A stretch of 64,000 nucleotides of DNA from Thermoanaerobaculia bacterium (lineage in GTDB: Bacteria; Acidobacteriota; Thermoanaerobaculia; Gp7-AA8). The first letter of the stretch is position 1; every line of letters starts with the position of its first letter. The stretch is taken from contig DASPHC010000146.1 of NCBI GenBank assembly GCA_035629865.1, positions 53,420 through 117,419 on the forward strand, written 5' to 3'. The position numbers and the translations under genes were made by a program. The notes beneath the pieces are model-generated. The model ran no database searches. It saw only the letters and a program-made list of their open reading frames with translations, and was not told where the DNA came from. Shown one piece after another: positions 1 through 9,762 of the stretch.

Positions 1-2663
1 CGCTTGATGCTCGCCAGCGTAGCCTGTTCGTCGAGCAGGTAAATCAATTGCTCCTCGGGTATCCCGAGTCCACGGTAATAGGCGAGGATCGCGCTCGCGT
101 CGTCCTTTGCAAAGAGGAGATCCGGGATGTCGGGATTCGCATAACTGGAGATTCCGACAACCGCCACCCAGACCTTTCCTTCGTGTCGCCGATGGAGAGA
201 AAGCCTCCGGCTGCCGCGATGCCCTTCGGCCGACACCACGATGACTTCAAAGACGTTCTCTCCATACTCGAGCTGGACCTGGGGCTTGTATTGCCAGGCA
301 TAGCTCCCCTGATCCTGAATCAGCATCGCGGGCCCGGCTTCGACGGAACGGCGGTTCTGCTCGAGCCGTATCGTTTCCACCGGGGCGTGCGACTGGACCT
401 CGAACTTCAGGACAACACTTTCCTGCTGCAGGTGGCTACCGTTCTCATGACCGTGAAACGAGACCACTGCCGGAATCGCCGCCGTGCGAGCGTGTGTACG
501 TTCGAGTGCCGGAGGCGGCACGGCGGAGATCACCGCCGCCTGTTCGCGCTGGATGGGCAGCGTCGTCTGATGCTCGGCGGAAGGAAAATCGCTCTGGGAA
601 GCGACGATCTTGAGCGACACGCCGGAGCCGGCGACGTTGCGGCGGATGTGCGCCTTAAAGGAGAGTCTCGTCGCGGATGCTGCCGCACCGACAACGCCGA
701 CCTCGAGCTGGAGCTTGCGAGCCGGGGCGCCTGAATCGTCGAGCAGTTCGACGCCGTCGTTCTCACTGCTCAACTCCAGCCGGACTTTCTCCGCCGGCAG
801 GGAGCCCTGGTTGCGAACGTCGAGGGCGAATACGGCGGCCTGGCCTTCGGTCAGCGGCGATGCCGCGATGACGTCGGCGACGAGCTCGGGCCGGCGGGCA
901 CGGAACGGGAGAGCGATCTGCTGTTCCGGGGAGGAAAAGTCGCGTTGGGTGATGGCGACGGTGAGGGGGAGATTGGCGGGAGCGGTGTCACGTCCGAGCA
1001 CGCGCGGGATTTCGAGGCGCACGCGCTGCTCGGCTCCCTCCGAATCAGCGGGGAGGTCGCCGACCCGAATCTTCTGCGGATTCACGGCGACGCCTGTCTG
1101 GCGCGACGCGACCGAGATCCAGACGTCGCGCGCCGCGAGCGCTCCACGATTGACGGGCGTGAGAGCCAGCTCCACTGTTTCTCCATTATTCGCCACGCCG
1201 TCGCGATCGCCGCGCGATCCGGGAGAGCCTCCGTCGTATAGCCGGTGACGCACTTCCAGTGAGGGCCGATTGTTCTGCACTTCCCACGTCCGGGTCTTGC
1301 TCGTCTGCGCCACTGTCGATCCTCGGGTCTCCACGGCATGAACTGTCAGAGGAAGCTCCGCACCGGAAAATGTCACGGGCAGGCGGACGAGGGTGCGTGC
1401 CTCTTTGACGGAATGAGCGGGAATGCGAGGAACGGCGACATTCTGTTCGACGATCTCGACTCCTGCGGTGGGCGACGAGATCATCACGCCGGCGCCGACG
1501 GCGTCCCCGGGACCGCTGTTACGAATCAGCACGACTGCCTCGAGCGTCTCTCCGTTCGACGGCCGGCCGTCCGCATCGCCCTGCGCGCGCCCTCCATGGT
1601 CGCTCAGGCGAAAGTCGGCGATCTCCAGGTGCGGCGGGTTCAGTCGTTCGGTGGCCAATTTCACGATGACGGGACGGCCGCCATACCCGCGTTTTTCCGT
1701 CGTATCCACCCGGAGTGTGGGAAGCGCCGTCTCGACGTCGAGGCCGGCCGCGATGGCCACGCTCAGCTCCTTCCTGGCGCCGGGCGGCAGCTCTCCGATC
1801 TCCGTGGCGGCAGGGAACGACACTGCTACGGCCGCGGAAGAGATCTTGAGCTGGACACCGAACCCGGGTCCGCCGCCCCTATTGTGAACGGTGAAGAGCA
1901 GCCGTGCGGTCTCGCCCGCGTCGAGGCGGCCGTTCGGAAAGAACGCCAAACTGTCGTCGAACCGCGCGGTGAGCTCCAGATCGGAAGGCCGTGCTCTTTG
2001 CGTGGCCACTGCCCACAGGTGGGTCTTCAGCGGTTCGTCTTCGAGGATGTTGCGGACGAGTTGATCGAGCATTTCCTGTAAAGCGGGAATGCCCACGGCC
2101 CGGCTTCTGGTGCGACTGGACCAATAAAGCCTTTTTTTGAATTCGCTCGTGCCGACTGCCGTGATGGTGCTCAGCGCATTTCCATGTTCATCGCTTACCT
2201 CGAGGGTCCCGAACACATCCGCTCCTCGAGGCCACATCAAGTCCCGATTCATACGGATGCGTGAATCCACCCCCGCTATCAATACCAGGTCGAACCCGGA
2301 GCGCGAATCAGTGGCTCGGAGAATCTCAGTCCGCGGAAAAAGACGACGGACGATACGCGGAAGCACGCCGGATGTGGCTTCGGCGAAGTTAATGACGATG
2401 TTGTCGTACTCAGCAACGTTCGCGTAATCCAACCCTCCCCACACACCATTTTTCCAACTCACGGCGGTTCCGAAAGTCGCGCTCGTTGTTGGCTGGAACG
2501 TTGGCAGTACGAGAGCCACACGGAGACTTTTGTCGAGCGGGCGGGCAGGAAGGGTGGGCGGCAGATAGTTTTTTGGGAAGTCGATCGTGATGTGCACGAC
2601 GTTCCTGAGCTCAGGAAGCGCGTATGCCGACGGGCTGCATAGGCAGGAGAGAATCCACATCAT
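1..2663 (-). CDS. Large secreted protein with a signal peptide, about five CARDB-like repeats and a C-terminal caspase-like (peptidase C14) domain. The 3' end runs off the window. Absent from the ORF track because no stop codon lies in the window.
   Basis: I translated the minus strand by hand from ATGATG at 2663 and found it open all the way to position 1 (about 887 codons). The N-terminus MMWILSCLCSPSAYA is hydrophobic. There are repeated CARDB-like blocks such as ARLLFTVHNRGGGPGFGVQLKI, EAVVLIRNSGPGDAVGAGVMI and AVFALDVRNQGSLPAEKVRLEL. The final segment, KVWVAVVGISSYANPDIPDLLFAKDDASAILAYYRGLGIPEEQLIYLLDEQATLASIK, fits the start of a caspase/metacaspase domain. The in-frame stop at 2709-2711 delimits the upstream end. 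The + strand ORFs 48..734, 610..1248 and 1338..2081 are antisense artefacts. Confidence 0.6.
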   Translation of the reverse strand, partial: MMWILSCLCSPSAYALPELRNVVHITIDFPKNYLPPTLPARPLDKSLRVALVLPTFQPTTSATFGTAVSWKNGVWGGLDYANVAEYDNIVINFAEATSGVLPRIVRRLFPRTEILRATDSRSGFDLVLIAGVDSRIRMNRDLMWPRGADVFGTLEVSDEHGNALSTITAVGTSEFKKRLYWSSRTRSRAVGIPALQEMLDQLVRNILEDEPLKTHLWAVATQRARPSDLELTARFDDSLAFFPNGRLDAGETARLLFTVHNRGGGPGFGVQLKISSAAVAVSFPAATEIGELPPGARKELSVAIAAGLDVETALPTLRVDTTEKRGYGGRPVIVKLATERLNPPHLEIADFRLSDHGGRAQGDADGRPSNGETLEAVVLIRNSGPGDAVGAGVMISSPTAGVEIVEQNVAVPRIPAHSVKEARTLVRLPVTFSGAELPLTVHAVETRGSTVAQTSKTRTWEVQNNRPSLEVRHRLYDGGSPGSRGDRDGVANNGETVELALTPVNRGALAARDVWISVASRQTGVAVNPQKIRVGDLPADSEGAEQRVRLEIPRVLGRDTAPANLPLTVAITQRDFSSPEQQIALPFRARRPELVADVIAASPLTEGQAAVFALDVRNQGSLPAEKVRLELSSENDGVELLDDSGAPARKLQLEVGVVGAAASATRLSFKAHIRRNVAGSGVSLKIVASQSDFPSAEHQTTLPIQREQAAVISAVPPPALERTHARTAAIPAVVSFHGHENGSHLQQESVVLKFEVQSHAPVETIRLEQNRRSVEAGPAMLIQDQGSYAWQYKPQVQLEYGENVFEVIVVSAEGHRGSRRLSLHRRHEGKVWVAVVGISSYANPDIPDLLFAKDDASAILAYYRGLGIPEEQLIYLLDEQATLASIK

Positions 2664-2908
2664 CCGGATCGTACGAGCGACTGCCGCGGTTCGTGATGTT
2701 GACACGTCCTATCCTCCGTCCCGGAACACTGAAGCCAAGGCTCGCGCCGGATGCTTGACGCGGTCACTTCCTCTTTGAGGGGTGCTGGAACGACGTGGAA
2801 TCCCTACCGCAGGTAGACACGGCTGGTGGTAGGAAGTGGCGGAAACGATGTCGGCGCTCCGTGAGGCTAAACTTCGTCCCGTTGTTTCACGCTCCGCGAC
2901 TGGCCCGC

Positions 2909-3196
2909 ATGGCGGCGTTTCTCCATTCGATCGGCATTCCCATGGAAGCAGGGACGGTGGACGTCCCGACGATCTTCCCGGGCAGCCTGATCGCGCGAGG
3001 CGCTCTGGTGATCGACGAGGCGAAGCTGGTGGCGCCGGGGGATGCGCTGCATGCGGCGGCGCACATCGCGCTCGCTCCGCCCGAGCGGCGCGGGTCGGAC
3101 TTTGCCTTTCTCGACGGGGCGGATGACGGCGAGGAGCTGACGACGATCGCCTGGTGCTGGGCGGCATCGCTCGAGATCGGGCTCTTGCCCGCGTAA
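2909..3196 (+). CDS. Small Ala-rich hypothetical protein (doubtful)
   Basis: A 96-codon ORF in the 600-bp gap between the TIR-STAND gene and the caspase-domain gene. No recognisable motif. Confidence 0.25.
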   Translation: MAAFLHSIGIPMEAGTVDVPTIFPGSLIARGALVIDEAKLVAPGDALHAAAHIALAPPERRGSDFAFLDGADDGEELTTIAWCWAASLEIGLLPA

Positions 3197-3261
3197 AGTC
3201 TCCAGAACTTCGTCTGTGTTCATGCTGTCGTTACCCTCTTCAGTTGTGAAAGCAAGTAACG

Positions 3262-5553
3262 CTACGGGAGTTGCGCGAGGATGCTGTCGTAGTGGCGGGC
3301 GAGCTCCGGATGACCGCGGTCGTTCAGAATCTGCAAGAGCTCGCGGACCGTCTTCGCGAGTGGCAGGTAGCCGGCGTCGAGCGTCCCGGTCAGAGCCTGG
3401 TTGAACTGCGTCGCGGCGTCAAACGGGTCGCCGGTTCGTGCGGCCTGCAGCGCCGCCTGGAGGCGCAGCCGGTGCGTCTGCTCGTGGTCGGGACCGAGCT
3501 CGCGCTCCGCGATCGCGAGCGCGCGTGCGATGTGTGCGGCGGCCTCGTCGAAGCGGCCGAGCTCCGTCAGCACGGCGCATGCGTTGGCGAGCGTGCGAAT
3601 GAGCTTCGCGTTGTCCGGACCATAATGTTTCTCCTGGATTGCGAGCGCGGCCTCGATCTCATTCGCGGCGGACGCGAAATCTCCCATCCGCTCGAACGCC
3701 ATCGCGATGTTGTTCTTCGTCACACCGAGGTATTTCTCCACGTCCAGCTTCCGGAAGAGCGCCTCCGCTTCACGCAGCAGCGGGAGCCCTTCCGCGGGGC
3801 GGCCCGCTTCCGCGTAGGCGTTGCCGAGGTTGCTGAGGTCCAGAGCGACGACGGCGTGGACGTCGCCGTACGTGCGGCGATCGACGTCGATCTTCTCCTG
3901 AAAGACCGCGATGGCATCCTCGATGTCGCCAGCCTGGCCGCGCAGGATGGCGACGTTCGCCCGCAGGGTCACGAGCGCCGGATCGCTCTCTCCCCGGAAG
4001 CGAACCATCCACCGCGCGGCGGCGTCGAACGCGGCGGCCGCAGCATCGAGGTCGCCGCGATGGCGCAGGTACATCGCGGCGCGATTCAGCAGAGGTCCGG
4101 CGTCGTCGTTGACGGCTCCCTCCTCTTCGGCGAGGCGGCACGCGGCGCGGCCGTGCGGCAGGATCCGCGCGGCCGTATGCCACTCGCGGGAATCCTCAGG
4201 ACTCATGGGGAACGCGAGGTTCACGGCGGCACATGCTTTCCGTGTCGCGTGCGCCCGCTCGTCCGCCGGCATCTGGTCGCGAATGACGAGCTGCACGAGC
4301 TTGTGAATGGCGACCGCGCGTTCGTCCGCGCGGATCAGCGAGTACGCGCGTGCCGCGGCAATGGCTCTGTTCACCGCCAGCTTGCCTTCGCTGTCGTTCA
4401 GCAGCGACCGCGGGATGTCGTCGGGCGCGACGAACGCGCAGAGCATCAACGGCTGTGCCACGTCGCGGATGTTGTCGATCGACAGCTTCCACGTCGCGGC
4501 AATCGTACTTTTGGTGTCGTGCCGCACGGTGCGGAAGGATTCGAGATAGTCGGCAATCGAGGACGCCGTTCGCTCGACGTACGCGGCCGCGTGTTCGAGC
4601 GCGAGAGGAAGATCGCCGAGGTCGTGCGCGAGCTCGTCCGCAGCCTCAGCATTGGTTGCGCCGCTGCGCGCGAGAAACAACTTCACCGCGTCGCTGCGCG
4701 GAAGCACGCCGACGGGAAGGGGTGTGCCCGCGCCGGGCTTCGGCGGATTGGGAGTGGTCACGATGACGTGTCCCGGCGCGCCGTCGGGAAGATACGGCAT
4801 GACGTCCGCCGGATCGTCAGCATCATCGAAGATGAGGAGCCAGCCGGGCGTGGCGGCGAGATGGTTCTTCACCGCCTCGACGATGGCGTTCTGGTCCGCC
4901 CAGTCTCGTTCCTCGAGCGCGCGCTCATCTGCGAGCATCGCGTAATCGGAGGCGAGGGTCGACGGGTCGTCCGCCCGGATCCACCAGATGGTCGAGTACT
5001 CGTGCGCGTGGCGGTGCGCGTATTCGATCGCGATCGAGGACTTGCCGGCGCCGTCCAGCCCGACAAGCACCGGCACTCGCTTGTGCGCGAACGCTTCGCC
5101 GAGTTGTACGAGCACGTCCTCGCGTCCGGTGAAATGGGTGTTGCGCGGCTGCAGGTTCGAGACCCGCCACACTTCGGCGAAGGCGCGCGGCAGATGGTCG
5201 TCGACGTCGGGCCACATCACGACCTGGTGCCGCGCGAAAGGACGCGTACGCCAGTCACAGGCGTCGTCGAGGATGATTGGGATCACGCGAGTCCGCTCGC
5301 CCGCCATCGCGGCCTCGGTTTCGAGCGTGCAGAAATCCGAGTCGAGGAAATCCTTGCTGACCAGCAGCAGCGCGAAATCCGATGCCCGGATCTGCAGGAG
5401 GATCTCAGGATGGTACTGCTCGCCGGCCACGAGCTCCCGGTCGTGCCACATCGAGAGCCTGCCGTTGATTTCGAACGGGCGCAGACGTTCGAGCAGTTCA
5501 TCCTTGCGCTGTTCGTCTTCACGTGCGTACGACACGAAGACGTTGAGGGGCAT
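3262..5553 (-). CDS. TIR-NB-ARC(STAND NTPase)-TPR protein
   Basis: The N-terminal TIR domain begins MPLNVFVSYAREDE and carries an SDFCTLE motif compatible with the catalytic Glu of NADase-type TIR domains. The P-loop is GLDGAGKS, with a hhhhDD Walker-B at LLIFDDADD. The C-terminal 300 aa are TPR-like repeats of the LGNAYAEAGRPAEGLPLLREAEALF type. Confidence 0.85.
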   Translation of the reverse strand: MPLNVFVSYAREDEQRKDELLERLRPFEINGRLSMWHDRELVAGEQYHPEILLQIRASDFALLLVSKDFLDSDFCTLETEAAMAGERTRVIPIILDDACDWRTRPFARHQVVMWPDVDDHLPRAFAEVWRVSNLQPRNTHFTGREDVLVQLGEAFAHKRVPVLVGLDGAGKSSIAIEYAHRHAHEYSTIWWIRADDPSTLASDYAMLADERALEERDWADQNAIVEAVKNHLAATPGWLLIFDDADDPADVMPYLPDGAPGHVIVTTPNPPKPGAGTPLPVGVLPRSDAVKLFLARSGATNAEAADELAHDLGDLPLALEHAAAYVERTASSIADYLESFRTVRHDTKSTIAATWKLSIDNIRDVAQPLMLCAFVAPDDIPRSLLNDSEGKLAVNRAIAAARAYSLIRADERAVAIHKLVQLVIRDQMPADERAHATRKACAAVNLAFPMSPEDSREWHTAARILPHGRAACRLAEEEGAVNDDAGPLLNRAAMYLRHRGDLDAAAAAFDAAARWMVRFRGESDPALVTLRANVAILRGQAGDIEDAIAVFQEKIDVDRRTYGDVHAVVALDLSNLGNAYAEAGRPAEGLPLLREAEALFRKLDVEKYLGVTKNNIAMAFERMGDFASAANEIEAALAIQEKHYGPDNAKLIRTLANACAVLTELGRFDEAAAHIARALAIAERELGPDHEQTHRLRLQAALQAARTGDPFDAATQFNQALTGTLDAGYLPLAKTVRELLQILNDRGHPELARHYDSILAQLP

Positions 5554-5562
5554 GCCGCGATT

Positions 5563-6032
5563 CTACACGGTCATCACGAGTCACCTTCACCCTTGGATGA
5601 CGACCGCCTTCAGGCGCACACGAACCGCCGTCACCTTGATAACGACCGCCATCAGGCTCATCACGAATCACCTTCATCCTTGATAACGACCGCCTTCCGG
5701 CTCGCAACGACGTCCTTCCGGTTCGCAACGACCTCCGTCGGGTTCAATACGACTGTCCTTCCGGCGCGCAACGACGTCCTTCAGGTTCAATACGACTGTC
5801 CTTCCGGTTCGCAACGACCTCTATCAGGTTCAATACGACTGTCCTTCCGGTTCGCAACGACCTCTATCAGATTCAATACGACTGTCCTTCCGGTTCGCAA
5901 CGACCTCTATCAGGTTCAATACGACTGTCCTTCATCGTCGATAGCCACTTCCTTCGCCGTCGATGGTCATCTCCATCGTCCTTGATAGCTGCCTCTATCG
6001 TCCTTGATAGCTGCCTCTATCAACCGTTGCCC
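5563..6032. repeat. Array of about 20 head-to-tail degenerate 21-22-bp repeats, such as gcaacgacctctatcaggttc and aatacgactgtccttccggttc, in the TIR-gene upstream region
   Basis: Direct reading shows the units abut without unique spacers. The 21-22-bp period is not a multiple of 3. The last five or six copies are near-identical and earlier copies are more diverged. Confidence 0.8.
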
Positions 6033-6105
6033 GTCCCGCGATTCTCCTGCCCGTGGCCTGGAGCCGGACTTCTTGGACTAGAATTGAGACTCGGAGGAGG
6101 ACGCC

Positions 6106-6867
6106 ATGCCTCACGTCACCTCACATCCCCCTGGTTCCTTCTGCTGGGTCGAGCTCGGGACGACGGACGTCAACGCGGCCCGGACGTTCTATACGCAGCT
6201 CTTCGGCTGGACGGTCAACGAGATTCCGATGGGAGAGTTCGGGGTCTATACGATCTTCCAGAAGGATGGCCGCGATTGCGCGGCCGGCTATGAGCTGATG
6301 TCTAACCAGCCCGGTGTCCCGCCGAACTGGCTGTCGTACGTCGCGGTCGCCGATACCGATGCGGCGGTCGGGAAGGCGAAGGGCCTCGGCGCGGCGGTGG
6401 TCTCCGAGCCGATGGACGTCTTCGACAGCGGCCGGATGGCGGTGCTGGCCGATCCGCAGGGAGCGGTGTTTGCGGTCTGGCAGGCGAAGGAGCACATCGG
6501 GGTGCAGATCCGCGATGAGCCCGACACGCTCTGCTGGAACGAGCTGCAGGTGCGCGATCTCGAGGCGGCGAAGAAGTTCTACCCCGCGCTTTTCCCCTGG
6601 CGGATGAAGGAATCGCCGGAGTACACGGAGTGGCATCTCGGCGAGAACGCGGTCGGCGGCATGATCGTCTCGCAGTGGCCACCCGAGGTCCCGTCAGTCT
6701 GGCTGCCGTACTTTGCGGTGACGGATTGCGAGGGGACGGTGGCAAAGTCGGGCTCGCTCGGCGGCTCGACGATCGTGCCGCCGATGGAGATTGCGAATGT
6801 GGGGAGGATGGCCGTGCTGTCGGATCCGCAGGGGGCGGTGTTTGCGGTGATCCGGCTGGCGTTGTAA
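6106..6867 (+). CDS. VOC-family protein with two tandem glyoxalase/bleomycin-resistance-like domains
   Basis: The two halves are internally duplicated (GRMAVLADPQGAVFAVWQ and GRMAVLSDPQGAVFAVIR), typical of tandem VOC domains. An AGGAGGA ribosome-binding site precedes the ATG. Confidence 0.8.
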   Translation: MPHVTSHPPGSFCWVELGTTDVNAARTFYTQLFGWTVNEIPMGEFGVYTIFQKDGRDCAAGYELMSNQPGVPPNWLSYVAVADTDAAVGKAKGLGAAVVSEPMDVFDSGRMAVLADPQGAVFAVWQAKEHIGVQIRDEPDTLCWNELQVRDLEAAKKFYPALFPWRMKESPEYTEWHLGENAVGGMIVSQWPPEVPSVWLPYFAVTDCEGTVAKSGSLGGSTIVPPMEIANVGRMAVLSDPQGAVFAVIRLAL

Positions 6868-6972
6868 TGGATGGGTTCGATGGGACGGATGGGACGTATG
6901 GGACCTATGGGACCCGCCCCTCCCATAGGTCCTATAGGTCCCATTTGTCCCATCCGTCCCATCGGGTTTCCA
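6868..6972. repeat. Palindromic hairpin element built from 9-bp NATGGGACN units (GGGAC/GTCCC family)
   Basis: The left arm is gatgggacggatgggacgtatgggacctatgggaccc. The right arm, ccataggtcctataggtcccatttgtcccatccgtcccatcggg, is its imperfect reverse complement. It sits immediately after the VOC gene stop. Confidence 0.7.
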
Positions 6973-7094
6973 TTTCTTGCACTCAGTGGAAATTCAACCC
7001 CACCCCACCCTGTTTCCACTGTCGCTTCCGGGAAGATTTGCCGCAGTGTGGATCTCCGTCAGGTAGCTAGTTTCGCGAAAGGAGATCTACCCAC

Positions 7095-7301
7095 ATGAGT
7101 CGTCAGCACGGAACCGTCAAATGGTTCAACGATGCCAAGGGCTTCGGCTTCATCACGACCGAGGGCGGTGAGGACGTGTTCGTCCACTTCAGCGCCATCT
7201 CGGCCAATGGCTTCCGTTCCCTCCAGGAAGGGGCCCACGTCGAGTTCGAAGTGACCCAGGGCCCGAAGGGCCTGCAGGCCCAGAACGTCACCCTCAGCTA
7301 A
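7095..7301 (+). CDS. cspA: Cold-shock protein (CspA family)
   Basis: [20 protein letters not shown]...VFVHFSAI carries the RNP1 and RNP2 motifs. An AAAGGAG ribosome-binding site precedes the start. Confidence 0.92.
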   Translation: MSRQHGTVKWFNDAKGFGFITTEGGEDVFVHFSAISANGFRSLQEGAHVEFEVTQGPKGLQAQNVTLS

Positions 7302-7326
7302 TCCACAACCTACGCTGTAACAGAAA

Positions 7327-7354
7327 GGGCGCGCCGCGAGGCGCGCCCTTTTTG
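7327..7354 (+). terminator. Rho-independent terminator after cspA
   Basis: The stem gggcgcgcc-gcga-ggcgcgccc is followed by ttttt. Confidence 0.7.
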
Positions 7355-7426
7355 ATTGTCTTCGGAGTAATCCTTCGCCGTCTGCGCGGCTTCAGGATGA
7401 CCGTGCCGGGCATTCACCCCCCACGG

Positions 7427-8038
7427 TCACTTCTTCCGCGAGTAGGCGATCTCCATCATCTTGTACATCTTCCCGTCCGGTCCCGGGGTCCACATCTCCA
7501 TGGTGTGGTGATCGGCGTCGGTGACGATGATCTTCTCCTTGATCGGGGCGTCTTTGCCGGTCATCGGGTCAGCCATGGAGGCGTCGAACGTGTAGGTTTT
7601 TCCGTCGGCCGAGACGGAGCCGGTGGACGTCATCATGCCGGTCGACATGCTGTCCATCCAGGTGCCGAAGTACTGCTTCTTCACGTTGTCGTAGCCGGTG
7701 TATCCGAGGCCGGTGAAGGGCATGCCCATCATTTCGCCCTCGAAGCGCTGCTCGAGGTAGCGCCCGTCCATGATCCACGCGTTGGTCGACTTACCCTTGT
7801 GGCTCATCGGATCGGTGCCCGGCGCCATCCACATCGAGATCGTGGTGTCCCAGGTGCCGGCGAAGACGTCGAGCTTCTTGTGTGGATCGCTCGGCGTGCC
7901 GGCCTTCGCCATCGCTTCCATCATCGCCGGGTCCATCGGCGCTTTCGCGTCGTGCGGGTGGGCGTGGTCGTGCTGGCCGAGAACCGGGAACGCGAATGCA
8001 CACAGCAGGGCTGCCGCGAGGTGAACCTTGATTTTCAT
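7427..8038 (-). CDS. Secreted Met/His-rich protein, DUF1579-like
   Basis: Signal peptide MKIKVHLAAALLCAFAFPVLG. The GTWDTT...MWM...GYDN pattern fits the DUF1579 fold. Family assignment is from memory. Confidence 0.5.
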   Translation of the reverse strand: MKIKVHLAAALLCAFAFPVLGQHDHAHPHDAKAPMDPAMMEAMAKAGTPSDPHKKLDVFAGTWDTTISMWMAPGTDPMSHKGKSTNAWIMDGRYLEQRFEGEMMGMPFTGLGYTGYDNVKKQYFGTWMDSMSTGMMTSTGSVSADGKTYTFDASMADPMTGKDAPIKEKIIVTDADHHTMEMWTPGPDGKMYKMMEIAYSRKK

Positions 8039-8077
8039 GAACTATCCTCCTGTCCTGTTTTGAACGGAGGAATCGTA

Positions 8078-9691
8078 CTACTTGCGCCGAATCTCGTCGT
8101 CATTCCACGGACGGGAGATAACGCAGGAGTTGATGCCGCCGACGCCCATGCTCAGTTTTCCACTGTAGCCGGCCTTCAATTCGCGTCCGCCGCGGTCGAC
8201 GAAGTTGGCGCTGTGGATCTTCACGTCGGCGTGCAATTCTCCCTCCGTTAGAGGCATCGGAAAGAGTTTGCCCCTGGCCATGCCGAGGTGCTGGGCGGTC
8301 AGCTCCCAACCGCCACCGACCGACATGCCATGGCCGAAGGTGCCTTTCCGGGCGGTGAAGATGACGTCGGGATGGAGCAGCTCGAGCGAGTTCTCGATCT
8401 CGGTGGCGTCGCCCGGCGTGGCGGTGGCGTGCATGTCCCAGGTGGTCACCTCGTGGGCCTGCACGTGTTCGAGCGCGGCTTTCATGGCCAGCTGCGGGCC
8501 CCCTTTCGAGGGGGTGATGATGTGGTGGGCGTCGGAGGAGGTGCCGATGCCGACGAGCTCCATCCCCACGGGCTCGAAGCCTTTGGCCATCAGCTCGTCG
8601 GCGTCGCCGACGATCCAGATGCACGCGCCGCCGGCGATGTGCGTCCCTTTGAGGCCGGTGAGCGGGCGGGAGACGTCGGCGTCGGCGGAGAGGACGTTGG
8701 CGTTGTAGAAGGCGGAGATGACCATCTCGTGCGGCGGCGGGTCGGTCATGCCGATGACCACGGCCGTCGCTTCGCCGCGATGGATGGCGTCCATGGCCAG
8801 TTTCGCCGCGATGCCGAACGAGGCGCACGCCGCCACCGGGCACCAGGCCGGCCCGACGATCTTCGCGAGCATGGAGATCTGTGCGGCGGGGATGTTGTTG
8901 ATGTTCCAGAGGAGGTTCGGCGAGACGGCCGCCCACGGTTCCTCGGGGCATCCGTATTTCTTGTTGAGGGCGCGGATGCGGTTCAGTTTCTGCCGGATCG
9001 TGCTGAGCTTCGCCGATCCGGAGGCGGGAGGGACGGGCTCGGCATGGACGTCGCGTGCCTCGGCGAGGTATTCGGTCAGTGCGTCGCTCTTTGCCGCCCA
9101 CCAGCCTTCCCAGGCATGTTTCGCGTCGATCCACGCCTCGGTGCCGGGCTCGAGCTCGGCCGGGTTGCGCGGGGCCCCGGCGTCGCTCTCGCCTTCGAGA
9201 TGACGGCGCAGGGGAGTGCAACGCTCGGGCTTGGCCCAGAACTCGTTCCAGCGTCGCAGCGCACGGTCATAGATCAGCGCCTGTTCCTGGGTGACGGTGA
9301 TGTCGCCGAGGCCGGTGCCGACGTAAATGTGGGCTTTCACGCCGAGGGACTGGAGGTACTCCTCGATGCCGGGGTTCTGGCCGAGCGACTGGATGAAGGC
9401 GCCGATGGCGTACTGGACCATCGGGCCCATCTTGTCCTTGAGCTGGGCGAACTTGGCCGGCGGGAAGCGGTCGTCGAACCAGATGCGGTAGGAGTTGAAG
9501 TCGAACTCGGGGTTACCGACCAGGAAGTTCGACTGTCCGTAGCCGGTGAAGGGGGAAAGCCAGGTGCCGGAGTCCTCGAGGTTCTTCTCGAACGCGTTGA
9601 CGTTGGGCGACTTAGGCGCGACGACGCCCCACCCGAAAATACCGACTCTCCTCCGCTCCGCCATGGGCGGTGCATTGTACCGAAATTGCAT
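8078..9691 (-). CDS. Beta-ketoacyl-ACP synthase family protein (KAS I/II type, long form)
   Basis: Active-site Cys in VAACASFG, and His residues in HATATPGD and KGTFGHGMSVGG. About 120 extra N-terminal residues relative to FabF. Confidence 0.75.
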   Translation of the reverse strand: MQFRYNAPPMAERRRVGIFGWGVVAPKSPNVNAFEKNLEDSGTWLSPFTGYGQSNFLVGNPEFDFNSYRIWFDDRFPPAKFAQLKDKMGPMVQYAIGAFIQSLGQNPGIEEYLQSLGVKAHIYVGTGLGDITVTQEQALIYDRALRRWNEFWAKPERCTPLRRHLEGESDAGAPRNPAELEPGTEAWIDAKHAWEGWWAAKSDALTEYLAEARDVHAEPVPPASGSAKLSTIRQKLNRIRALNKKYGCPEEPWAAVSPNLLWNINNIPAAQISMLAKIVGPAWCPVAACASFGIAAKLAMDAIHRGEATAVVIGMTDPPPHEMVISAFYNANVLSADADVSRPLTGLKGTHIAGGACIWIVGDADELMAKGFEPVGMELVGIGTSSDAHHIITPSKGGPQLAMKAALEHVQAHEVTTWDMHATATPGDATEIENSLELLHPDVIFTARKGTFGHGMSVGGGWELTAQHLGMARGKLFPMPLTEGELHADVKIHSANFVDRGGRELKAGYSGKLSMGVGGINSCVISRPWNDDEIRRK

Positions 9692-9762
9692 GAAGGCCAG
9701 GCAGTACCGATTTCGGGCGCTGTCTTCTTGATTCCCGCGCTCCAGGAGAGAGATTTGTTCGT

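Noticed and set aside
3271-5985. 904-aa plus-strand ORF, and similar long ORFs (8288..10054, 11039..12124, 16200..17828, 17954..20083, 37266..39677, 39593..42187, 42269..45265, 45399..47309, 45590..47851, 12270..13238, 12314..13876)
   Set aside because: These are antisense or off-frame to genes that have clear motifs. They are Arg/Gly/Ala-rich low-complexity translations typical of high-GC DNA.
5563-6032. Possible CRISPR array
   Set aside because: The units are contiguous 21-22-bp degenerate direct repeats with no unique spacers and no cas genes. This is a tandem or iteron-like array, not CRISPR.
6970-7094. Cold-box or promoter for cspA
   Set aside because: I could not identify a convincing -35/-10 or cold-box motif by eye.
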